DNA of 36,900 bases from Candidatus Binatia bacterium (GTDB lineage Bacteria; Desulfobacterota; Binatia; Bin18), in contig JBFWZL010000001.1 in assembly GCA_050185455.1 (NCBI GenBank), positions 1 to 36,900 on the forward strand. The letters are read 5' to 3'. Numbering within the stretch: the stretch's first letter is position 1; the number at the start of each line of letters is the position of its first letter. The notes beneath the pieces were generated by a model that was not told the origin of the DNA, did no database searches, and saw only the letters and a program-made list of their open reading frames with translations. This document shows positions 25,837 to 33,748 of this stretch, one piece after another. The translations under genes and the position numbers were made by a program.

Positions 25837-28752
25837 ATGAGTGTGACAAAGCGTGATGAGCAGGTGGGGGTGACACAGCAGGAAACTGAAGCGCGCAAGG
25901 AAACCTTCTATCAAGGGCCGAGCCATATTCATCTGGCGGCGTTTCCCCCTAAAGAGCGGTGGGATGACTGGGCGGAACTGGACTCACGGGCGTGGCCGCA
26001 ACGGGTCGAGCACCATTATATGTTGACGCCGACGACGTGCTTCAACTGTGAGTCCGCGTGTGGGCTGCTCGCCTACGTGGAGAGAGAGACGCTTGCCATT
26101 AGAAAATTTGAGGGCAATCCTGAACATCCGGGATCACGCGGTCGTAATTGCGCCAAGGGACCGGCTACGCTGAATCAAGTGACCGATCCGGATCGGATTC
26201 TGTACCCGCTCAAACGCGCCGGCAAACGTGGGGAAGGCAAGTGGCAGCGCGTCTCCTGGGATGAGGCGCTTGATGACATCGCTGGACGGGTCCGCCGAGC
26301 CCTTCAGGAGCGTCGGCACAACGAGATTATGTATCACGTCGGACGGCCAGGCGAGGATGGGTACACCGAGCGCGTACTGGCCGCCTGGGGAATTGATGGT
26401 CACAACTCGCATACCAACATCTGTTCGTCGAGCGGTCGCGCGGGGTATCAGTATTGGATGGGGCTTGACCGGCCCAGTCCCGACCATGCGAATGCGGAAG
26501 TGATCCTGCTCATCAGCGCTCACCTGGAATCGGGTCATTATTTCAACCCCCATGCGCAACGCATCATGGAGGGCAAAGGGCAGGGTGCGAAGCTGATCGT
26601 GTTCGATGTCCGCCTCTCCAACAGCGCCACCCACGCCGATTACTGGGTAGCGCCGTACCCAGGGACGGAAGCCGCGATCCTCTTGGCCATCGCGAACTAT
26701 GTGATTCAGCACGACCTCTATAACCGCGACTTCATCCGCCGCTGGTGGAACTGGCAGGAATACCTGCGCGTCGAGTATCCCGACCTTGCCCCGACGTTCG
26801 AGGGCTTCGAGGGCATCCTCAAACAGTTATACACGGATTACACCTTTGACTTCGCCGCGCGGGAGGCTGGGATCGAAGTGAAGACGCTTGAGGAGATCGC
26901 CCGCCTGGTGGCGACCGCGGGGACACGGCTCTCGACCCACACCTGGCGGAGCGCCACTGCCGGGAATCTCGGCGGCTGGCAGATTTCACGCTCGCTCTTT
27001 CTGCTCAACACGCTGCTTGGCGCCGTCGCCACCGAAGGCGGCGTGTATCCCAACGCCTGGAACAAATTCGTCCCGCGGCCAATCTATACTCCTCCACATC
27101 CACACGTGTGGAACGCGCTCACGTGGCCCACTGAGTACCCGCTGGCCATGAATGAACTCTCGTTCCTCTTGCCGCACTTCTTGAAGGAAGGCCGCGGCAA
27201 ACTCAATGTGTACTTCACTCGTGTGTATAACCCGGTGTGGACGAATCCCGACGGCTTTACCTGGATCGACGTGCTGAGCGACGAAGCGCTCGTCGGCCTG
27301 CACGTCGCGCTCACGCCCACCTGGAGTGAGACGGCCTATTTCGCGGATTACATTCTTCCCATGGGTCTGGGCAACGAACGGCATGACATCCATTCCTATG
27401 AAACCCATGACGCGCAGTGGCTCGGCTTCCGCCAACCCGTACTACGCGCCGCCCGTGAACGTCTGGGGGAGACGATCACTGATACCCGTCAAGTCAATCC
27501 TGGTGAAGTGTGGGAAGAGAACGAATTCTGGATCGAGCTGTCCTGGCGCATTGATCCAGATGGCGCGCTCGGCATCCGCAAGTTCTTCGAGTCGCAGCAG
27601 CGGCCCGGCGAGAAACTCACCGTCGATGAGTATTACGGTCATATTTTTGCCAACTCAGTCCCGGGTCTGCCGGAACGCGCGGCGGCCGAGGGCCTCTCTC
27701 CGCTGGCCTACATGCGTCGCTACGGCGCCTTCGAGGTCCAGAAGAACATCGGTCCCCTGCACGAACAGGAAGTTCCTGGAGAGGAATTAGTAGACTGCCG
27801 GACCGACGAGATTGGACGCATGTTCACGCGCGCTCCCAAACCCGCAAGTCCCAATATCGTTCCCCTCCCGACTCCGGACGGGGACGCCGAGGGGCGGCGG
27901 TTAGTGGGGGTGGAAGTAGACGGCAAGATTCTGCGCGGGTTTCCCACGCCGAGTGGGCGGCTCGAATTCTACTCTCAGACCTTGAAAGATTGGGGGTGGC
28001 CGGACTACATAGTGCCCACCTACATCCAAAGCCATATCCATCCAGAACGACTGGACAAAGACCAGATGGTGTTGATTCCCACGTTCCGCTTGCCCGTGCA
28101 GATTCACACGCGCAGCGCCAACGCCAAATGGCTGGACGAGATTGCCCACACCAATCCGTTGTGGATCAACACCAAGGATGCGGCGCGCATCGGCGTGCGC
28201 ACTGGCGATTTGACGCGAGTGGAAACCGAGATCGGGTATTTCGTTGTGAAGGCGTGGGTGACCGAAGGCATCCGGCCCGGCGTGGTTGGATGCAGCCATC
28301 ATATGGGCCGCTGGAAACTCTCCAATGACGGACAACGGCAAATGATGGCGACGGTTGGACTTGATCGTCAGGGCAGTCACTGGACACTGAGCCGTAAGAA
28401 AGGAGTCGAAGCTTTTGCGAGCGCCGATGCCGACAGCCAACGTATTTGGTGGACCGACGCGGGCGTGCACCAAAACCTGACGTTCCCCGTACATCCCGAT
28501 CCCATTTCCGGCATGCACTGCTGGCATCAGGCCGTGCGCGTTACCCGGGCGCGGGTGGACGATCGCTACGGGGACATTCACGTGGATACCGAGAAGTCGC
28601 ATGCCGCCTACAAACACTGGCTAGAGCGCACGCGCCCGGCCGAACAGTTCTCTCCCGATGGGACGCGCCGCCCTTACTGGCTGCTCCGCCCGCTAAAACC
28701 GGCCCGCGCCGTCTATCGGCTGCCACAAGCAGAAGACGGAAAAGGGGAATAA
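25837..28752 (+). CDS. molybdopterin (bis-MGD, DMSO-reductase superfamily) oxidoreductase catalytic subunit, Tat-less
   Basis: ~971 aa. The N-terminal FS0 motif 'CFNCESACGLL...NCAKG' is C-x2-C-x3-C-xn-C. Length and layout are typical of Psr/Phs/Ttr/Soe-type A subunits. ATG 25837 follows AAGGAGG. There is no twin-arginine signal with a hydrophobic core. Confidence 0.85.
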   Translation: MSVTKRDEQVGVTQQETEARKETFYQGPSHIHLAAFPPKERWDDWAELDSRAWPQRVEHHYMLTPTTCFNCESACGLLAYVERETLAIRKFEGNPEHPGSRGRNCAKGPATLNQVTDPDRILYPLKRAGKRGEGKWQRVSWDEALDDIAGRVRRALQERRHNEIMYHVGRPGEDGYTERVLAAWGIDGHNSHTNICSSSGRAGYQYWMGLDRPSPDHANAEVILLISAHLESGHYFNPHAQRIMEGKGQGAKLIVFDVRLSNSATHADYWVAPYPGTEAAILLAIANYVIQHDLYNRDFIRRWWNWQEYLRVEYPDLAPTFEGFEGILKQLYTDYTFDFAAREAGIEVKTLEEIARLVATAGTRLSTHTWRSATAGNLGGWQISRSLFLLNTLLGAVATEGGVYPNAWNKFVPRPIYTPPHPHVWNALTWPTEYPLAMNELSFLLPHFLKEGRGKLNVYFTRVYNPVWTNPDGFTWIDVLSDEALVGLHVALTPTWSETAYFADYILPMGLGNERHDIHSYETHDAQWLGFRQPVLRAARERLGETITDTRQVNPGEVWEENEFWIELSWRIDPDGALGIRKFFESQQRPGEKLTVDEYYGHIFANSVPGLPERAAAEGLSPLAYMRRYGAFEVQKNIGPLHEQEVPGEELVDCRTDEIGRMFTRAPKPASPNIVPLPTPDGDAEGRRLVGVEVDGKILRGFPTPSGRLEFYSQTLKDWGWPDYIVPTYIQSHIHPERLDKDQMVLIPTFRLPVQIHTRSANAKWLDEIAHTNPLWINTKDAARIGVRTGDLTRVETEIGYFVVKAWVTEGIRPGVVGCSHHMGRWKLSNDGQRQMMATVGLDRQGSHWTLSRKKGVEAFASADADSQRIWWTDAGVHQNLTFPVHPDPISGMHCWHQAVRVTRARVDDRYGDIHVDTEKSHAAYKHWLERTRPAEQFSPDGTRRPYWLLRPLKPARAVYRLPQAEDGKGE

Positions 28753-28777
28753 GAGGGAAGACGGAACTGACATTATC

Positions 28778-30553
28778 ATGTGGTTGCTCCGGTATCTTCC
28801 ATTTCTTGATCTGGCTTCCTATCGCTTTCGTGCTTTTCGTCGAGATCTGTTAGCGAGTTCGACCGTCACGTTTCTCGATATTCCTCAAGGCGTCGCTTAT
28901 GCCATGATCGCTGGGCTTCCTCCAGCCATGGGACTCTACGCCGCCGCCGTGCCAGCGATTGTAGGGGCGCTCTTTCGTAGTTCGCGCCATGTCGTCACCG
29001 GGCCTACCAATGCCCTCAGTTTGCTAGTCGGCAGCGCGGTGGCGGGGGCGGCAGCCCATACTGGCGCTGGACCCATGGAGGTCGGCGTCACGCTGGCGTT
29101 CTTCGTTGGGCTCATGCAGTTCTTTGCCGGCCTGCTGCGGCTCGATGCCGTCGCCGATTACATTTCTCTGCCCGTCGTGCGTGGGTACATTACCGGCGCC
29201 GCCATTCTTATCGCGGTCGGCCAACTGCCGAATGTCACTGGTACGGCAGGATCGAGCGGGACTCTTGGGCCCATGCTCGTAGCCTGGAGCAGGGACTTGT
29301 CTCACCCCAACCCACTTGCCGTTACGTTTGCCTGTGGCACCGTGGTCATCGTGCTCCTCCTCCGTTGGGTCGACCGGCGCATGCCGGGTTCTCTCATTGT
29401 CATGGTGGTCAGCATTGGCGCCGATAGTATGCTGCACTTGCATGCCCACGGACTCAGGGTGGTGGCGGATATCGCGCCGATACCGGCTGGCCTGCCTCCC
29501 TTGACGGTTCCCTCCGTGCAGTACTGGGGAACGTTGGCTCCTGCCGCTCTCGCCTGCGCTGTCCTCTCACTGGTGGAGTCGAGTTCGGTGGCGCGTGCGC
29601 TCGCTGCTCGCACAGGGCAACAGCTCGATATGGCGGCGGAATTTGCAGGTCAGGGGCTGGCGAACCTGGCCGCCGCTTTTTCCGGAGGATATCCGGTGAG
29701 CGGCAGTCTCTCCCGGTCAGCGTTGAATCAACAAGCCGGAGCGGAGAGTCGGCTGTCCGCGTTGTTTTGCGGGCTACTCATGCTCGCAGTATTGCTTATT
29801 TTAGGACCAGTGGTTGGGAGAACGCCAGTAGCGAGTCTTGCCGGATTACTACTCGTGTTAGCCAATGACCTCGTCGATCGTCAGCAGATCCGGATGACGC
29901 TCCAGGGGACCATGAGTGATCGGGCGGCGTTTGTGGCGACGACCGTGGGAACCTGGGTCCTTCCGCTCGATCAAGCGATTTATTTGGGTGTGGGGATGAG
30001 CATCATCTTGTTCCTGCGGCGGGCGCGCTTGCTGACGATCCGCGAAATGACGATCAGTGAGAAACGACGGTTCCGCGAGATCGATCCCGACGCGAATGAA
30101 ACGGGGAGATCATGTTCGGCGATTCGCATCATGAACCTGACAGGGCCATTGTTTTTCGCCGCCGCGGGGGAGTTACAGTCCTTGCTCGACCGCTTCCTGA
30201 GCGACTCCAGGCTGCGGGTGCTTATCCTGCGGCTCCGACAGGCGGACGCTGTAGATGTGACGACCGCCAGTGTTCTGGAAGCAACCGCCGCCAAGCTGGC
30301 GCGGGAAGGGAAAACGCTTCTGCTCCTTGGGGTACGTCCTGCGACAATGCAGTTACTCGAGCGGACTGGTGTGGCTGAACGTCTTGGCCGAGAGCATCTC
30401 TTTCCCGCCCAAGCTGGATGGTTTACCGCCATGGAGGTGGCGCTGCGGCGAGCGCTGGCGCTGGCTGGAGCGCACGCGTGTGGAGCGACCTGCCCGTTAG
30501 CGGAGTATGTCGCTGCCCAGGAGACTTTGCGATCAGCGGTGAAAACCGCATGA
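28778..30553 (+). CDS. SulP-family anion (sulfate) permease with C-terminal STAS domain
   Basis: 'LDIPQGVAYAMIAGLPPAMGLYAA.VPAIVGALFRSSRHVVTGP' is the SulP signature region and many TM segments follow. The C-terminal STAS-like region is 'IMNLTGPLFFAAAGEL...VLILRLRQADAVDVT'. Confidence 0.9.
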   Translation: MWLLRYLPFLDLASYRFRAFRRDLLASSTVTFLDIPQGVAYAMIAGLPPAMGLYAAAVPAIVGALFRSSRHVVTGPTNALSLLVGSAVAGAAAHTGAGPMEVGVTLAFFVGLMQFFAGLLRLDAVADYISLPVVRGYITGAAILIAVGQLPNVTGTAGSSGTLGPMLVAWSRDLSHPNPLAVTFACGTVVIVLLLRWVDRRMPGSLIVMVVSIGADSMLHLHAHGLRVVADIAPIPAGLPPLTVPSVQYWGTLAPAALACAVLSLVESSSVARALAARTGQQLDMAAEFAGQGLANLAAAFSGGYPVSGSLSRSALNQQAGAESRLSALFCGLLMLAVLLILGPVVGRTPVASLAGLLLVLANDLVDRQQIRMTLQGTMSDRAAFVATTVGTWVLPLDQAIYLGVGMSIILFLRRARLLTIREMTISEKRRFREIDPDANETGRSCSAIRIMNLTGPLFFAAAGELQSLLDRFLSDSRLRVLILRLRQADAVDVTTASVLEATAAKLAREGKTLLLLGVRPATMQLLERTGVAERLGREHLFPAQAGWFTAMEVALRRALALAGAHACGATCPLAEYVAAQETLRSAVKTA

Positions 30554-30605
30554 TGGGGTAGACAGTCTACACAAGCCGACTCCAAGCCATTGCCCACAGT
30601 GCAGA

Positions 30606-30645
30606 GTGTGCGTTTTGCCATGTGCCGAGCGCACACGGATTGCAC
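30606..30645 (+). promoter_or_regulatory. inverted repeat / candidate activator-binding site (UAS)
   Basis: GTGTGCG (30606-30612)-N17-CGCACAC (30630-30636), with TGCCATG (30616-30622) inside and TTGCAC (30640-30645) after it. It lies ~120 nt upstream of the sigma-54 -12 element. The words are shared with 11242-11288. Confidence 0.45.
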
Positions 30646-30729
30646 AAAGACGCGTGTTGCTGCTTGCGGTTTCGTGAATAAAGGAGTGATTTCCCGACGT
30701 TTTACCTTGGTCAGTCTAATAGACACAGG

Positions 30730-30745
30730 CGGTACGGCTCTTGCT
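30730..30745 (+). promoter_or_regulatory. sigma-54 (RpoN) -24/-12 promoter
   Basis: CGGTACGGCTCTTGCT against the consensus TGGCACG-N4-TTGCW. GG and TTGC fall at exactly the canonical spacing. It is ~70 nt upstream of ATG 30814. Two sigma-54 activators are encoded in the window, one immediately downstream in the same transcription unit. Confidence 0.6.
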
Positions 30746-30813
30746 CTCTACCTATGCACCTGCTCTGTACGCCTCAAGGGCGCGGATGTCCGCTTTAGGA
30801 AGAGGATTCCTCA

Positions 30814-32130
30814 ATGCGCAAGAAGAAGATGCACTTCGCCCAGTTCCTGATGCACAGCCCCACGTACCACAGTCTGGCCATGTGGCGACATCCACATACA
30901 GAACCGCGCTACGACTGGGCACGGCCTGAGCTATACCAGCATATCGCGCAGGTCTGTGAGCGCGGCAAATTGGACATGGTCTTTTTCGCTGACGTCAGTT
31001 TCATCTCCGACACCTATACTGACTCCCTCGACCCGGCGATTCGCTACGCCACTCAGGCGCCCAACCATGACCCGACTCCTTTGCTTTCCTGGCTTGGCGC
31101 AGTGACCCGCAAGGTTGGCTTGGGCGGCACCTTCTCGATCAGCCACCAGCATCCGTTTTATGTCGCGCGTCTGTGGGCGACCTTGGATCATCTCACCCGT
31201 GGCCGGGCGGCCTGGAATGTGGTGACGTCGATCAACCACAACGAATCGGCCAATTATGGCGAAGAGTTGTTGGCGCACGACTTGCGCTACGAGCGTGCCG
31301 AGGAGTTCATGGAGGTCTGCGTCAAGCTGTGGAATAGTTGGGAGGCGGACGCGGTGGTGATGGATCGCGAGCGAGGGATCTTTGCTGACTCCGCCAAGGT
31401 GCATCGCATTGAGCATGACGGGCGCTTCTTCAAGTCCCGTGGTCCGCTGAATGTCACGCGTTCACCCCAGAACGGACCAGCGATTATCCAGGCGGGCGCG
31501 TCCGCGAAGGGGAGAGCGTTTGCCGCCAAGTACGCCGAGGCCATTTTTGCCATTCATCCCTTTGCCGAGGGTGCAGCCGAATACTATGCCGATGTCAAAG
31601 GGCGGATGGAGGATCTGGGGCGCAATCCCGATCACTGCAAGATCCTCTTTGGCGTGCAGCCGATCGTCGGACGCACGGAACAAGAGGCGCGTGAGAAGCA
31701 AGAGTTCCATAATAGTCTCGTGCCTGTGGAAGCGGGGCTGACCCTTCTCTCCGGGCACCTCGATTATGATTTTTCCCGCCTCAACCTTGATGACATGATG
31801 GAATACTCCCCTGACTTCAGTATTCAGGGGCTCAGCAAGATGTACGGCAAGATGGCGGGGCGAAAACTTACCCTGCGGGAAGTCGCGCAAATGCATGGAC
31901 AGAGCGTAAGTCTGCCCCAAATCGTGGGTACACCGGAGCAGGTGGCGGATCAACTGGAAGCCTATTGTGAGAAGGCCGGTGGCGATGGCTTCATGCTCTC
32001 GCCGATTTACACGCCGGGCGCAATCGAGGAGTTCGTGGATTTGGTCGTCCCCGTGCTTCAGAAGCGCGGGCTGTTTCGCGAGGACTACGCTGGCAGTACG
32101 CAGCGTGATCACCTGCATCAGGATGCCTGA
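30814..32130 (+). CDS. NtaA/SnaA/DszA-type LLM flavin monooxygenase (second copy)
   Basis: 438 aa, collinear with 12050-13354 (KKMH...F, 'LDHLTRGRAAWNVVTS', 'IIQAGASAKGRAFAAKYAEAIF', C-terminal 'VPVLQKRGLFREDY'). Confidence 0.85.
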   Translation: MRKKKMHFAQFLMHSPTYHSLAMWRHPHTEPRYDWARPELYQHIAQVCERGKLDMVFFADVSFISDTYTDSLDPAIRYATQAPNHDPTPLLSWLGAVTRKVGLGGTFSISHQHPFYVARLWATLDHLTRGRAAWNVVTSINHNESANYGEELLAHDLRYERAEEFMEVCVKLWNSWEADAVVMDRERGIFADSAKVHRIEHDGRFFKSRGPLNVTRSPQNGPAIIQAGASAKGRAFAAKYAEAIFAIHPFAEGAAEYYADVKGRMEDLGRNPDHCKILFGVQPIVGRTEQEAREKQEFHNSLVPVEAGLTLLSGHLDYDFSRLNLDDMMEYSPDFSIQGLSKMYGKMAGRKLTLREVAQMHGQSVSLPQIVGTPEQVADQLEAYCEKAGGDGFMLSPIYTPGAIEEFVDLVVPVLQKRGLFREDYAGSTQRDHLHQDA

Positions 32131-32143
32131 GCGAGGAGGGAGT

Positions 32144-33592
32144 ATGTTGCCCTGCTTTATGGAATGTCAGCCTTTTGGTCTGATCCTCGACGCCCTGCAA
32201 GACGGGGTGACGATCTATGACCGCAACGGCGATTTGATCTGGATTAACGACAAGGCGTGCCAGATCCTGGGTCTCCTGCGCGCTGAGTTGATCGGGCGCA
32301 ATGTGAGCGAGATCGCGACCCTGCCAACCGTCCAGGCGCTCGTGACCCGAGACGCTGCTGGTCGCCCGCTCACCGCGTTGCCGACCTACAGCACGCAGAT
32401 CGAAGATTACGCCTCCCCCGGTTACATGGTCTTCACCAACGGAAAAAAACTGCTCTATATGGGGACCTACGTGCGTGATGAGGACGATGCCGTGCAGTAT
32501 GCTATCTACACCATCCGTGCAGCGACTGATCTTGACGAAGCGCGGCGGAAGATCGACGAGCTGCAAAAACTGACCACCCTCTATCAGGATCAACTGCGTA
32601 CGTTGCACCTTCAGGTCTTGGGCCAGGAGATCGTGGCGCGTAGCGAGATCATGCAAAAGGTGCTGGAGCGCGCCCTCAAATTTGCTCGTGTCGATGGCAG
32701 TGTCCTGCTCACGGGCGAGACCGGCGTGGGGAAGAACTTGCTCGCCCGTTACCTTCACGTCATGAGTCGGCGGGCGCAGGGGCCGTTCATCCATGTCAAC
32801 TGCGCTACTTTGCCGGAACCGTTGATCGAGGCGGAACTGTTTGGCTACAGCGAAGGCGCCTTCACGGATGCCGCGCGCAAGGGACGGAAAGGGGTGATCG
32901 AACTGGGGCAGGGAGGCACGGTCTTTCTTGACGAGATTGGCGATATGCCGCCCGGCATGCAGGCCAAGCTGCTCACCGTGTTGGAAGAGAAAGTCATCCG
33001 CCGTATCGGTGGTGAGAAATGGCTCCCGGTCGATGTGCGTTTCGTGGCGGCGACCAATAAACGCCCGGATACCCTCGTGCAGGGACAGAGCCTGCGAGAA
33101 GATCTCTATTATCGTTTGGCGTTGCATAAACTGCACATCCCACCCGTACGGGAACGGCCCGACGACATCCCCGAACTCATTGATTACGCGCTCACGGAGT
33201 TTAACCGGCAGAGCGAGGCGCGCTGTGCGTTTCATCCCGACTTGGTGGCGCGGCTCCAGACGTTGCCTTTTCCCGGCAACGTGCGCGAAATCAAAAACCT
33301 GGTGTGGCAGATTGCTTCCGAGTTAGGTGGGACCGGGAGCGAGATTACGTGGCAGATGCTGCCTCCCGATCTGCTCCAAACGCTGGAGTCGTCAGGCGCG
33401 TCGCTGGCTTCAGGGACACGAGTCGCTACTGTACTCGAACACTCCATCGCTGAGGCGCGGCGGTTGCGGGAACTCTGTCAGCGGCATCAGGGAGATGTGA
33501 CTGCCATAGCAAAAGCCTTGGGGGTGCATCGCACGACGGTCACCCGCCGGCTCAGCGCCTACGGTATTGTCTATACACGCAAACGGATGTAG
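32144..33592 (+). CDS. sigma-54-dependent transcriptional activator with PAS domain (paralog of 22705)
   Basis: ATG 32144 follows GAGGAGGG. The longer ORF from 31967 overlaps the monooxygenase and is rejected. The N-terminus MLPCFMECQPFGLILDALQDGVTIYDRNGDLIWINDKACQILG is nearly identical in layout to the 22705 protein. Also present: 'GETGVGKN', a variant loop 'GAFTDA' (32855-32872) and a Fis-type HTH. Confidence 0.9.
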   Translation: MLPCFMECQPFGLILDALQDGVTIYDRNGDLIWINDKACQILGLLRAELIGRNVSEIATLPTVQALVTRDAAGRPLTALPTYSTQIEDYASPGYMVFTNGKKLLYMGTYVRDEDDAVQYAIYTIRAATDLDEARRKIDELQKLTTLYQDQLRTLHLQVLGQEIVARSEIMQKVLERALKFARVDGSVLLTGETGVGKNLLARYLHVMSRRAQGPFIHVNCATLPEPLIEAELFGYSEGAFTDAARKGRKGVIELGQGGTVFLDEIGDMPPGMQAKLLTVLEEKVIRRIGGEKWLPVDVRFVAATNKRPDTLVQGQSLREDLYYRLALHKLHIPPVRERPDDIPELIDYALTEFNRQSEARCAFHPDLVARLQTLPFPGNVREIKNLVWQIASELGGTGSEITWQMLPPDLLQTLESSGASLASGTRVATVLEHSIAEARRLRELCQRHQGDVTAIAKALGVHRTTVTRRLSAYGIVYTRKRM

Positions 33593-33748
33593 TATCCTGT
33601 CCGGGAGGAACACCAGGATCTTGCCGCTGCTGTCATGTCCAACACGAGTGGCAGTCCGCTAAAACATTGACAGTGACCTGTATGGCACACCGGCGCCCAT
33701 GGGTGTCGCCGGGTGCGTGGTGGGCAGGCAAACGAGGGAGAAAAGAAG

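Noticed and set aside
30558-30570. Palindrome GTAGACAGTCTAC just after the SulP stop as a terminator
   Set aside because: A single central base leaves no viable loop, and there is no T-run. At most it is a short protein-binding palindrome.
31967-32143. Upstream extension of the second activator ORF (541-aa version)
   Set aside because: The extension overlaps the 3' end of the monooxygenase in another frame and is Arg/Ser-rich nonsense. ATG 32144 has a GAGGAGGG RBS and aligns exactly with the N-terminus of the paralog at 22705.
32700-32730. Walker A 'GETGVGKN' lacking Thr/Ser after Lys in the second activator
   Set aside because: bEBP Walker A motifs are typically GESGTGKE, so a non-T/S residue after Lys is normal for this family and not an inactivating change.
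31991-33235. 414-aa ORF on the minus strand
   Set aside because: It is antisense to the sigma-54 activator, whose AAA+ and HTH motifs are unambiguous on the + strand. No recognisable motifs and no RBS.
33683-33698. Perfect TGGCAC -24 box upstream of the CoA-transferase gene
   Set aside because: The -12 position reads CGCC instead of TTGC, so no GC is at the required spacing.
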